A DNA stretch of 64,000 nt from Gammaproteobacteria bacterium (GTDB lineage: Bacteria; Pseudomonadota; Gammaproteobacteria; Steroidobacterales; Rariloculaceae). The notes under the pieces are model-generated. The model searched no databases. It saw only the letters and a list, made by a program, of their open reading frames with translations, and was not told the DNA's origin. Of the stretch, positions 10,337 to 19,084 are shown piece after piece (positions within the stretch are counted from its first letter, which is position 1; every line of letters starts with the position of its first letter). A program made the translations under genes and the position numbers. The stretch lies in NCBI GenBank assembly GCA_022820625.1, contig JAJEFE010000011.1, forward strand, positions 846 to 64,845. Direction: 5' to 3'.

Positions 10337-10735
10337 CTAAATCCCGCCGCCGCGGGTCAGCATCATGCCGAGAATCGTCGTCGCCAACGCGATGGCGGCA
10401 ATCAACACTCCCACAGAAATCAGGTGAGTGCGCATATTTTCCGTCCGCAACCTGGCGATCGCCGCATCGACGTGCTCACGGGACAGCCGCAGTTCCGAAT
10501 CGACGTGCTCACGGGACAGCCGCAGTTCCGCGTCGAAGTGCTCACCGGACAGCCGCAGTTCCGCGTCGAAGTGCTCGCGGGTCAGCCGCAGTTCCGTGCT
10601 GAAATATTCCCGGGTCACCAGTTGATTGACGGATTGGCCCATGACTTCGACGATGGCTTCGGCGTGTTCGGCTTCAATGCCCGCAGCCTTGAGTCTGCGG
10701 GCAGCGTCCAGTGTATCAAATGCCGTGGCGGCCAT
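10337..10735 (-). CDS. DUF1640-family coiled-coil protein with C-terminal TM anchor
   Basis: N-terminus AFDTLDAARRLKAAGIEAEHAEAIVE typical of DUF1640. Four 11-aa repeats. Hydrophobic C-terminal helix. Confidence 0.6.
   Translation of the reverse strand: MAATAFDTLDAARRLKAAGIEAEHAEAIVEVMGQSVNQLVTREYFSTELRLTREHFDAELRLSGEHFDAELRLSREHVDSELRLSREHVDAAIARLRTENMRTHLISVGVLIAAIALATTILGMMLTRGGGI
10468..10599. repeat. 33-bp tandem repeat x4 (plus a degenerate fifth unit) inside the DUF1640 gene
   Basis: Units at 10468, 10501, 10534, 10567 (cgacgtgctcacgggacagccgcagttccg...). They encode ELRLTREHFDA / ELRLSGEHFDA / ELRLSREHVDS / ELRLSREHVDA. Confidence 0.9.
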
Positions 10736-10967
10736 GACCGGTCTCCTGCGGTCCGCCGCCGGGCGGGCCGTGGTTTCATGGAAATGAGCTCACGATAGCA
10801 TCTGCGGCACGGCGTGAAACGCTGACTTTCTGGCCGGAATGACCAGAAAATGGGGTAATTTTCTCTCCCGGTGGCGGGCACTCTGCTGTCGCGCGGCCGG
10901 CGAAGCGGGTTAGAATTTGCCTTGTGCACGATCGTCGGAATGCGCCCGACGTGACCCCGAGCCAACA

Positions 10968-11978
10968 ATGACCCTGAAGCAACTGAAATACCTGATCGGA
11001 ATCGCCGACAGCGGATTGAACATCACTGCTGCCGCGGAACGGCTGTACACCAGCCAGCCCGGGATCAGCAAGCAGTTGAAGCAGCTCGAAGCCGAGCTCG
11101 GCATGCAACTCTTCACGCGCAAGGGCAAGAGCCTCACCGCGATCACGCCGGCGGGGCATCAGGTCATCGAGAGGGCCCGCAAGATCCTGCGTGAGGTCGA
11201 TAACATTGCCAGTCTCGCCAGCGACCTCACCGCGGAGCAGGAAGGCACGCTCTCCATCGCCACCACGCATACGCAGGCGCGATACGTCCTGCCGGAAGTC
11301 ATCAAGAGCTTCCGCAGCCGCTACCCTCGCGTCGACCTGGAGTTGCACCAGGGTACCTCCGAGCAGATCGCCGAACTGGTGGCCAACCAGCAGGTGGATT
11401 TCGCCATTGCCAGTAGTTCGGAGGGCATGTTCGCCGATCTCACGCTCTTGCCGATCTATCACTGGCACCGGATCGTACTGGCGCCCAAGCAGCATCCGCT
11501 CAGCCGCGGCGCCAAACCGCTGGATCTGGCGACTCTCGCCGCCTACCCGCTGGTGACCTACGTGTTCAGCCTGACCGGCGAATCCTCGTTCAAGCGCGCC
11601 TTTGCCGACCAGGACCTCGACTACCGGGTGGTATTCACGGCGCGGGATGCCGATGTCATCAAGACCTATGTGCGCATGGGCATGGGCGTCGGGGTACTCG
11701 CTTCCATGGCCTACGAATGCAAGGACCAGGAGGATCTGAAGGCCATCGACGCCAAGGGGCTGTTCCCGAGGATCACCACCTGGCTCGGATTCCCGCGCGA
11801 CCGCGTGCTGCGCGGTTACATGGTGGATTTCATCCACCTGTTCGCACCGGGCTACTCGCAGCGCACGATTCGCGAAGCCGCCGCCCTGGAGAGCCAGGAG
11901 CAGGTTAACGAACTGATCGGCGACGTGATCCTTCCGGAGCGGGGCGGTTGCGAGGACGATACGGCGGCTGCGGCCTAG
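10968..11978 (+). CDS. cysB: LysR-family regulator of sulfur assimilation, CysB
   Basis: Near-collinear similarity to E. coli CysB as remembered (LYTSQPGISKQ, IATTHTQARY, FTARDADVIKTYVRMGMGVGV). ATG 10968. Confidence 0.85.
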   Translation: MTLKQLKYLIGIADSGLNITAAAERLYTSQPGISKQLKQLEAELGMQLFTRKGKSLTAITPAGHQVIERARKILREVDNIASLASDLTAEQEGTLSIATTHTQARYVLPEVIKSFRSRYPRVDLELHQGTSEQIAELVANQQVDFAIASSSEGMFADLTLLPIYHWHRIVLAPKQHPLSRGAKPLDLATLAAYPLVTYVFSLTGESSFKRAFADQDLDYRVVFTARDADVIKTYVRMGMGVGVLASMAYECKDQEDLKAIDAKGLFPRITTWLGFPRDRVLRGYMVDFIHLFAPGYSQRTIREAAALESQEQVNELIGDVILPERGGCEDDTAAAA

Positions 11979-12988
11979 CCGTCGTTATCAGACGCAGTCG
12001 CCACTTGTGCTTGGGAGCATCGCGACAGCGTCTCCATGAAGCGCCGATAGGAGTCCGGGGCGTCAAGCACGAACGGATGCGGATCCCCGGAACCTCTGGC
12101 CTTCAGGCGTTCCAGCTTTTCCGGCATGCCGTCGAACAGCGGATGGTTCTGCAGCACTACGTTTACGCTCAATTCCGTGGCGATCTCCGCGAACCGGTCG
12201 ATGGACTCGAGGTATTGGGGCAGCGCATCGCCCAGCATGGGCACCGTGAGCGCGGTGCCGCCGAACACGGCGGCTGTATGCGTGTCCTCGCCGTCCCGAA
12301 CCGGGAACACGACGCTGATGGCGCCCGGCGTATGTCCCGGCACAAGAAAGGGAGTCACCGTGCCGTCGCCCAGCCGAACGGCTTCGCCTTCGGTCGCCAC
12401 CACGTCCCGCACCGGCGGTGCCGGTCTGCCGCTATCGGGATCCCATGCTTCCATGAGTCCCCAGTCCGCCTCGGACGCAACCACGCGGGCGCCGAAGCGC
12501 TGCTGGAGGTGCGGTGAACCTCCGTAGTGATCGGCATGCCCGTGCAGGACGACGACGTACCGGATGTTCTGCGGGTCGAGACCGAGTTGCGCCATCCCTG
12601 GCAGCAATACCGAATCAACCTGATCCGAATAACCCGAGTCGAGCAGCATCAGGCCTTCGGTCGTGGCGATAACGTAGACCACGGTCGAAGTCCGGCCAAT
12701 GGCGTAGACGTTGTCGAATATCCGGACCGGTTCGATCAGTGGGTCGTCCGCACTGCCCGTGACGACCGGCCCTCGCGTGCACATGTGGTCGACAACCCCC
12801 AGCCACTCTGTGCCGGCGCTGGCGCGCGCGGCTTCCAGGTGCTCATCGAATGCACCCACCTGAGAAGTCGTGACTCGCGTGGGAGGCACGTAGGGAACGG
12901 GTTGTTGCGATACCGCAGTTGTGGCTGCAAGAACCGCGAGTGACGAAACCGTCAGCACGGCCATCAGGCGTTTTGCACTTTCAGACAT
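11975..12988 (-). CDS. Secreted metallo-beta-lactamase-fold hydrolase
   Basis: Signal peptide. HGHADHYGG (HxHxDH) motif. ATG 12988. Stop shares the CTAG tetranucleotide with the cysB stop. Confidence 0.75.
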   Translation of the reverse strand: MSESAKRLMAVLTVSSLAVLAATTAVSQQPVPYVPPTRVTTSQVGAFDEHLEAARASAGTEWLGVVDHMCTRGPVVTGSADDPLIEPVRIFDNVYAIGRTSTVVYVIATTEGLMLLDSGYSDQVDSVLLPGMAQLGLDPQNIRYVVVLHGHADHYGGSPHLQQRFGARVVASEADWGLMEAWDPDSGRPAPPVRDVVATEGEAVRLGDGTVTPFLVPGHTPGAISVVFPVRDGEDTHTAAVFGGTALTVPMLGDALPQYLESIDRFAEIATELSVNVVLQNHPLFDGMPEKLERLKARGSGDPHPFVLDAPDSYRRFMETLSRCSQAQVATASDNDG

Positions 12989-13016
12989 GGCAGTAACTTC
13001 CCTCCTGGTCTGCGGA

Positions 13017-13547
13017 CTAGCCGCCCACAAGGACGTAGCCTTGGCTCTGCAGATCGATCAGCGTCGTCAGCGCCCATAGATCAAGCTGGATTTCCGGCAG
13101 GATGGTTGCCGGATCGATTTCCCGCCCCGTAACGGCCTGACCGCAGACGTGGAACTTGACGCCCGCCTCGGAGAGGGTCCGGATCATCTCGATATTCGGG
13201 TTGTCGTGTCCGTCGTTGCGCGCCTTGAAGGCCTCGTTCTGGAGGATGATCTCGGTGGATCCCTGATGCAGCACCACCGCGATCTGGCGGTTTTCGGCCG
13301 GGACGCCGTGCTTCGCTAATGTATTGACGTACCGTGCCGTGGCGCTCAATAACGGATTCACATCCTCGATGTTCTCGGCGCTCTGGACGATGTCGATGAC
13401 GACCTTATGCGTCGCTTCGGGATCCGGCAGCATGGCGGCGCCCGGTACGTCCCGCGTTGGATTGACGCCCGGCACGGGAAGGTCCTGCCCGAATGCCAGG
13501 TTGGCGGATAGCAGGAGCGTTAGCGCGGCAAACGTGAGTCTTTTCAT
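13017..13547 (-). CDS. Secreted DsrE/DsrF-like family protein (COG1416-like)
   Basis: Signal peptide (ANLAFG|QD). ~150-aa DsrE-like fold pattern with HVCGQA Cys motif. Assignment from memory. Confidence 0.55.
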   Translation of the reverse strand: MKRLTFAALTLLLSANLAFGQDLPVPGVNPTRDVPGAAMLPDPEATHKVVIDIVQSAENIEDVNPLLSATARYVNTLAKHGVPAENRQIAVVLHQGSTEIILQNEAFKARNDGHDNPNIEMIRTLSEAGVKFHVCGQAVTGREIDPATILPEIQLDLWALTTLIDLQSQGYVLVGG

Positions 13548-13652
13548 GAATTTCTCCTGTCGCTTGGATGATTGCTCAGGTTATACCCTATCCAAGAAAA
13601 GCCCGGATTCAAACCGAATACGTGGATTCCTCTTGAAGGAACAATTGACACG

Positions 13653-13682
13653 TATAATGTGCGCACATAGTATGTGCGACAT
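13653..13682 (+). promoter_or_regulatory. Candidate vapBC promoter -10 (TATAAT) overlapped by a palindromic operator
   Basis: TATAAT 13653-13658. Perfect 12-bp palindrome ATGTGCGCACAT 13657-13668. Near-repeat ATGTGCGACAT 13672-13682 overlaps the vapB ATG. No well-spaced -35. Confidence 0.4.
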
Positions 13683-13905
13683 GAACATCACGCTATCCGT
13701 AAATGAGCAGGTGGTCGCCGAGGCGCGAAGAATTGCCGCGCTTCGCGGAACGAGCCTGAATCAACTCGTTCGCGACTATCTTCATCGATTGACTCATCGA
13801 GAAAACCCCGAGCAAACGCTCGTGGAGTTGCAGGCCCTCTGGGACGAGGAGACTTTTTCCTCAACCGGGCCCTGGACGCGCGATGAACTTCATGAGCGCA
13901 CGTGA
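13681..13905 (+). CDS. vapB: Type II antitoxin (VapB / ribbon-helix-helix type)
   Basis: 74-aa ORF immediately upstream of and overlapping a PIN-domain gene. Start 13681 (13672 also possible). Confidence 0.7.
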   Translation: MNITLSVNEQVVAEARRIAALRGTSLNQLVRDYLHRLTHRENPEQTLVELQALWDEETFSSTGPWTRDELHERT

Positions 13906-14317
13906 GTTCATCGACACAAACGTGCTCGTCTACGCACACGATGGCCGCAATCTGGCCAAGCAGGCTGCTGCCCGCGAGCTGATTGCCCGGCTCATGCGTG
14001 AACGGCGAGGTGTGCTCTCGCTTCAGGTGCTGCAGGAATTCTATTCGGCGGCGACGCGCAAGCTGTCCATGTCAGGCGAAGCGGCGAAGGCGCGAATCAT
14101 CCACTATATCCAGTTCGAGGTGATTACGCTCGTCCCGGCAGATGTCCTTGCCGCGATCGACCTGCAACGGTTGCACCGCTGGTCGTTCTGGGATTCGCTT
14201 ATTGTCCGCGCTGCGCTGAAAGGCACGTGCGCACGGTTGCACACCGAAGACATGCACTCAGGACAAGTCATCGAGACGGTCAGAATTCACAATCCTTTCG
14301 CTGTTCATCAGGATTGA
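13892..14317 (+). CDS. vapC: PIN-domain ribonuclease toxin VapC
   Basis: FIDTNVLVY (Asp), LQEF (Glu), FWDSLIV (Asp), HTEDM (Asp) acidic quartet. Overlaps vapB by 14 nt (23 nt if ATG 13883). Confidence 0.85.
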   Translation: MSAREFIDTNVLVYAHDGRNLAKQAAARELIARLMRERRGVLSLQVLQEFYSAATRKLSMSGEAAKARIIHYIQFEVITLVPADVLAAIDLQRLHRWSFWDSLIVRAALKGTCARLHTEDMHSGQVIETVRIHNPFAVHQD

Positions 14318-14353
14318 AGCTCGACTGCGGCGGGGGGTTCTGGACCGTACTGG

Positions 14354-14740
14354 CTACGACCCGTTAGCCAGCCCGAATCCTTCATCCAGCCAGCCGGTGA
14401 CTCCGCCGATCATTTCCTTCACGGGGTATCCGAGCCGGGCGAGGCGTACCGCAGCCTTGTTGGCGCCATTGCAGTGCGGTCCGGCACAATAGACCACGAA
14501 GGTCGAATTCGGTACGAACGAGCGGATGCGTTCCTCGGTGATCTGCGCGTGCGGCAGGTTGATCGCTCCTTCGACGTGCCCTTTGGCGAAGGCCTCCGGC
14601 GAGCGCACGTCCAGAAGCACGAAGTCCGGGGCGCCGCCCGCGAGCGACGCATGCACGTCCCAGCAGTCGGTTTCGAATCGAAGCCGGGCTTCGAAGTGGG
14701 CCAGCGCGGCGGCCGGTGTCTCCGTAACCAACGATGTCAT
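14354..14740 (-). CDS. Single-domain rhodanese (sulfurtransferase)
   Basis: LLDVRSPEAF...VVYCAGPHCNGA active-site loop. ATG 14740 (track ORF extends upstream to 15226). Confidence 0.8.
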   Translation of the reverse strand: MTSLVTETPAAALAHFEARLRFETDCWDVHASLAGGAPDFVLLDVRSPEAFAKGHVEGAINLPHAQITEERIRSFVPNSTFVVYCAGPHCNGANKAAVRLARLGYPVKEMIGGVTGWLDEGFGLANGS

Positions 14741-14835
14741 CTTGATTCGTTCCTCCGATTTTGGTTCGCGACCGGCCCCGTGCCAGTCTGGGCATCCGTG
14801 ACTATAAGCATTCTTCGGACAGGTGCTCAATAGCA

Positions 14836-15606
14836 CTAGACTTTCGACAGATCGATCTCGTGCAGGCCACACTCGCGCTTCAGGCCACCGAATCGCGTCT
14901 CGTCGATGTGCCCGACCTCGTGGATCCGCCGTGTGGAGTGCCGGTCGCCGATGGAAATGTAGCCTTTCGCCCACAGCGGATGGTAGGGGAGTTTGTGCCT
15001 GCGGAGATAGCGGCCCACGTCGCGACCGGTCCAGTCGGCAATGGGATGGACTTTCCAGCGCTCGCCGGCGATGGCCAGGAAGGGGATGTTCGCGCGCGAA
15101 CCGGATTGTCCGCGCCGAAGGCCCGCGAACCAGGTGCCGGCCCCCAGTTCCCGCAGGGCGCGGCGCATGGGTTCCACCTTGTTGGCCTGGTTGTAGGCTT
15201 CGATTCCCTCCAGCCCCTGTTCCCACCGCCTGCCGAAACGGGCCTCCTGCCAGGCCGGCGAAAACTCGCTTCGATAGACTTTAAGATTCAGGTTCAGCCG
15301 CTCGCTGAGCTGATCGATGAACTGGTACGTCTCGGGGAACAGGTAGCCGGTGTCCACGAGAATGACCGGGATCCCGGGCGCGGCCCGCGCCAGAAGATGC
15401 AGCGAAACGGCGGCCTGGGCGCCGAAGCTGGAACTCAGGACATGGTTACCCGGCAGCCGTTCAAGCGACCAGTGCACACGCTCTTCCGCCGTCATGCGGG
15501 AGAACTCCCGCTCGCAGTGGCCGTGCGTGGCCTTGCGGCTCTCGTCCTCGTCGTAGGCGACCGGAGGGGAGCAGGGCGGGAACAGGTCTGTCGCGACGGC
15601 GTTCAT
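14836..15606 (-). CDS. cysH: Phosphoadenosine phosphosulfate (PAPS) reductase
   Basis: [20 protein letters not shown]-terminal ECGLH motif of thioredoxin-dependent CysH. Confidence 0.9.
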   Translation of the reverse strand: MNAVATDLFPPCSPPVAYDEDESRKATHGHCEREFSRMTAEERVHWSLERLPGNHVLSSSFGAQAAVSLHLLARAAPGIPVILVDTGYLFPETYQFIDQLSERLNLNLKVYRSEFSPAWQEARFGRRWEQGLEGIEAYNQANKVEPMRRALRELGAGTWFAGLRRGQSGSRANIPFLAIAGERWKVHPIADWTGRDVGRYLRRHKLPYHPLWAKGYISIGDRHSTRRIHEVGHIDETRFGGLKRECGLHEIDLSKV

Positions 15607-15827
15607 TTCGTTCGCTTTCTCGTGGGAACGCGACAGTAATGCAAGCGAGGCGGAAGGTGAACGACCGAGATTTCATGCCTCAATACCGAAGACGCATAAG
15701 TTACGCGAATTCGGAATAGGCAAATTCCCCTCGCTTCTTAGCCGCGCTAGGCCCGTACTTGCATCCGGCCCGGGCGACATTCCCGGTCGATCCGAGCGTC
15801 TTGATGTGCGCAACTGACGCATGAAAA

Positions 15828-15841
15828 TGAAACCGCTTACA
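15828..15841. promoter_or_regulatory. LacI-family operator-like site 1 (TGAAACCGCTTACA)
   Basis: 14-bp imperfect palindrome with central CG, upstream of the -35 of the TBDR promoter. Identical copy at 15907. Confidence 0.6.
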
Positions 15842-15870
15842 CTTTTTCGTGCAAAAACCACAAAAAGGTG

Positions 15871-15899
15871 TTGACGAACGCCCCGAAGGCGAGTAAATT
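15871..15899 (+). promoter_or_regulatory. Sigma70-type promoter candidate for the TBDR operon
   Basis: TTGACG (15871-15876), 17-nt spacer, TAAATT (15894-15899). Flanked by the two operator copies. Confidence 0.55.
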
Positions 15900-15906
15900 C
15901 CGCGAA

Positions 15907-15920
15907 TGAAACCGCTTACA
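15907..15920. promoter_or_regulatory. LacI-family operator-like site 2 (TGAAACCGCTTACA)
   Basis: Lies 8 nt downstream of the -10 hexamer, the classical repressor position. Confidence 0.6.
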
Positions 15921-15989
15921 TTTTTCTCGCCGCATGGGCGGGAAGTCGAAAATCACTAACCGGGGCGAGTTGCAGAACCACGCCTCGGC

Positions 15990-18968
15990 GTGGTGGAGGA
16001 GAGCTTCAAGGTGGCAGCAAAGGTATTCAGAAAGTCTCCGGTCGCAGCGGCAGTTTCCGTGGCCATGGCCAGCGGGGCGGCGTATGCACAACAGGCCCAA
16101 CAGGGCGCGCAGGCGATGGAGGAGATCGTGGTAACCGGTATCCGCCAGAGCCTGAGGGCTTCCATGGACCTCAAGCGTGGCGCGGATGGGGTCGTGGACG
16201 CCATTACGGCTGAAGACATCGGCGACTTCCCCGACAGCAACCTCGCGGAATCCCTGCAGCGCATCACGGGCGTTTCGATCGACCGGGAACGCGGCGAAGG
16301 CAAGAGCGTCACGGTTCGAGGTTTCGGGCCTCCCTTCAATCTGGTGCTGTTGAATGGCCGGCAGATGCCGACAACGGACGGACTCAATAGATCATTTGAT
16401 TTCGGCAATCTGGCTTCGGAAGGCATCTCCGCCGTGGAGGTCTACAAGAGCGGCCAGGCGGATGTGCCGACCGGCGGCATCGGTTCCACCCTGAATATCC
16501 GCACGACTCGTCCGCTCGAAGCTCCCGGAATGAATTTAACCGCTGCCGCGAGTGGATTGACCGACCAGTCGACCGAGCGTGGCGACTCCTTCACGCCGGA
16601 AATTTCCGCTCTGTTTTCCAATACCTTCGCAGACGATCGGGTCGGCATCGCGCTTAGCGCCGTGCGGCAGGATCGCAACAACGGCGCCAATACCGCCAGC
16701 GTCGGCGGTTGGCGCACCTTCCCCGGCGAAACGGACAACTGCTGGTGCGGAATCGGTCCATCCGAGTGGGGCGGCATTCCGCCTCATACCGATCCCAACC
16801 AGCAGAATCGGCCCGGGGCAGGCGACCTGTATTCGGTGCCCCAGGCCATTGGCTATGAACTGGCTGAATACGACCGTGTCCGAACCAACGGCCAGCTTAC
16901 ATTGCAGATGCAGCCGGCGGATAACCTGCGCGCGACACTGGACTACACGTATTCGGAAGTCGAGCTGACAAGGACTTACAGCAACCTGTCGGCCTGGTTC
17001 AACTTCGGTGGCCAGGAAACGCTCTGGACCGATGGTCCCCAGGCCAGCCCGCTCACTTACACCGAAAACTCGGTTAATTCCGACTACAGCATGGGGGGAG
17101 GCGAGGATGCATGGCGTACGCAGAACGGTTCCACAGGATTGAACCTGCTATGGGATGTTTCCGATCGGTTTACCGTTGAATTCGACTATCACGACTCGAA
17201 TGCGAAACGCGCGCCGAACAGCCCGTTCGGCGATTCCGCCCTGCTTTCCACCGCGGCCTACAGCCGCGACCGGACAACCGGCTATTTCGGAAACCACCTG
17301 CCTGTTCTCGAGTTGGGGCTGAACGATCCGCTCTCGCCCGACGACATGGTCGTTACCGGCAGCGTGTTCACCAACAATCTGTCCCGTATGGATATCGATC
17401 AGACCAGGTTGTCCGGTTCCTTCGACTTCGATGTCGATTTCGTGGAGAGTGTCGATTTCGGTATCCAGATGACGGAGGTAAACAATCGTTCCGCCGGCTC
17501 CGTCGTGCAGCGCGATTCATGGAGTGCCCAGACTGAGCGCGGTGCGATCGCGGACCTTCTCGAACCTGCTTCGGCCGCTGACGCATTTTCCAACGTGCCC
17601 GGTGGCGCCGACCCGCGCCGTCAGACAGATTTCTACCGGTTTGACATGTCGGACCTGATAGCCCGAACGGAGTCGCTGATGGCGTCGGGTGAGGCGAATA
17701 TCCACATGATTCCGGACATGGGTGACTGCGGCACGGGACTTTGTACATCCAGCCGTTTTACCGATGACCGGCGAACTCAGGAAGAGTCTGTTGCGGCCTA
17801 TTTTCAGCTGAACATGTCCACCGAATTCGGCTCCATGCCGGTGGATATGCGGCTGGGAGTGCGTTACGAGACGACCGACGTTTCGTCTCAGGCGCTTGCG
17901 CCAGCCTATACGCGGCTCGACTGGGTCGCGGGTAACGAGTTCACCGCCGTGCAGGGCGATCCTGACTTCTCCGCTCTGGAAGGCGAATACGATGTCGTGC
18001 TGCCCAATTTCGACTTCAGGATCGACCTGACGCCGGATCTGGTCGGGCGCGTTTCCTTGAGCAAGACCCTCACGCGGCCCAACTACGGAGATATACAGGG
18101 TGGCCAGACCATCAACAATCCTGTGCGGATCGGTGGGGGAACCGGCAATCGTGGCAATCCGGCGCTATTGCCGTTCGAATCGCAGAACAGCGACTTCTCG
18201 GTCGAGTACTACTACAACGACGACAGTTACGTGGCTCTCGGCTATTTCCTCAAGGACGTGAACAACTTTATCGGGACCTCGTCGGTTGTCGAAGAAACGT
18301 TCGGGTTGCCGCATCCGGGACTCGGGCCGCTGGCCCAGGAAGCGCGGGCAGCCACCGGAAGTTCCGATGCCGGCTCCCTGTATGGCTGGATTCTTCAGAA
18401 CAGAGCCGATGCCCAGGGAGTAGATACCGCCACGGGGATTATCACCGGCGTAGCTGGCCGGGATCCCGCAGCGCCGTTCAATCTCACCGTTCCTGTGAAT
18501 ATCGAAGAGGCGACCATGAAAGGCTGGGAAGTCGTTGTCCAGCACAACTTCGGCGACACGGGGTTCGGCCTGATCGCCAATGCCACCCTGGTGGACGCCG
18601 ATGTCGGCTACGACAACCTCAGCCTCGCCCAGCAGTTCGTACTTACGGGCCTGAGCGACTCGGCGAACTTCATCGCCTTCTACGACAGGGACGGAATCGG
18701 TGTGAGGCTGGCCTACAATTGGCGGGATGCTTTCCTTGCCGGTACCGGTCAGAACAACGTGGGCGCCGGGCCTCCGACCTACGTGGGCGAATACAAGCAA
18801 CTGGACCTGAGCGCGAACTACTGGATCAACGACAACATGAACATCTATTTCGACGGGCTGAACCTGACCGACGAAACGACTCATGTCTACGGTCGAAGCC
18901 CGATCCAGACGCTCTTCGCCGGACAGTCCGGCCCGCGCTATAACTTCGGCTTCCGGTACAAGTTGTAA
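15990..18968 (+). CDS. TonB-dependent receptor (glycan-uptake type)
   Basis: Signal peptide ...GAAYA|QQ. EEIVVTGIR. DAITAEDIGDFPDSNLAESLQRITGVSIDRERGEG plug typical of carbohydrate-type TBDRs. Start codon uncertain (GTG 15990). Confidence 0.9.
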   Translation: MVEESFKVAAKVFRKSPVAAAVSVAMASGAAYAQQAQQGAQAMEEIVVTGIRQSLRASMDLKRGADGVVDAITAEDIGDFPDSNLAESLQRITGVSIDRERGEGKSVTVRGFGPPFNLVLLNGRQMPTTDGLNRSFDFGNLASEGISAVEVYKSGQADVPTGGIGSTLNIRTTRPLEAPGMNLTAAASGLTDQSTERGDSFTPEISALFSNTFADDRVGIALSAVRQDRNNGANTASVGGWRTFPGETDNCWCGIGPSEWGGIPPHTDPNQQNRPGAGDLYSVPQAIGYELAEYDRVRTNGQLTLQMQPADNLRATLDYTYSEVELTRTYSNLSAWFNFGGQETLWTDGPQASPLTYTENSVNSDYSMGGGEDAWRTQNGSTGLNLLWDVSDRFTVEFDYHDSNAKRAPNSPFGDSALLSTAAYSRDRTTGYFGNHLPVLELGLNDPLSPDDMVVTGSVFTNNLSRMDIDQTRLSGSFDFDVDFVESVDFGIQMTEVNNRSAGSVVQRDSWSAQTERGAIADLLEPASAADAFSNVPGGADPRRQTDFYRFDMSDLIARTESLMASGEANIHMIPDMGDCGTGLCTSSRFTDDRRTQEESVAAYFQLNMSTEFGSMPVDMRLGVRYETTDVSSQALAPAYTRLDWVAGNEFTAVQGDPDFSALEGEYDVVLPNFDFRIDLTPDLVGRVSLSKTLTRPNYGDIQGGQTINNPVRIGGGTGNRGNPALLPFESQNSDFSVEYYYNDDSYVALGYFLKDVNNFIGTSSVVEETFGLPHPGLGPLAQEARAATGSSDAGSLYGWILQNRADAQGVDTATGIITGVAGRDPAAPFNLTVPVNIEEATMKGWEVVVQHNFGDTGFGLIANATLVDADVGYDNLSLAQQFVLTGLSDSANFIAFYDRDGIGVRLAYNWRDAFLAGTGQNNVGAGPPTYVGEYKQLDLSANYWINDNMNIYFDGLNLTDETTHVYGRSPIQTLFAGQSGPRYNFGFRYKL

Positions 18969-18980
18969 GCGGCACATCCG

Positions 18981-19010
18981 GCAGAGGCTGCCTGTCCGGG
19001 CAGCCTCTGT
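18981..19010 (+). terminator. Hairpin after the TBDR gene (possible attenuating or intrinsic terminator)
   Basis: gcagaggctgcc / tgtccg / ggcagcctctg(t): 11-12 bp stem, 6-nt loop. Followed by a weak T tract (ttggtatc). Confidence 0.4.
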
Positions 19011-19084
19011 TGGTATCATCCCCCCCCTGATACGGGCCGGGCGGTATTTCGACTCTGACCGTGCACAGCCAGGTGGATGAGTCG

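Noticed and set aside
10776-11837. 353-aa minus-strand ORF
   Set aside because: Exactly antisense to cysB, which has unmistakable family similarity. Shadow ORF.
11975-11978. CTAG tetranucleotide serving as the stop codon for both convergent genes (cysB TAG and the MBL gene TAG)
   Set aside because: A curiosity of convergent gene packing, with no functional implication evident.
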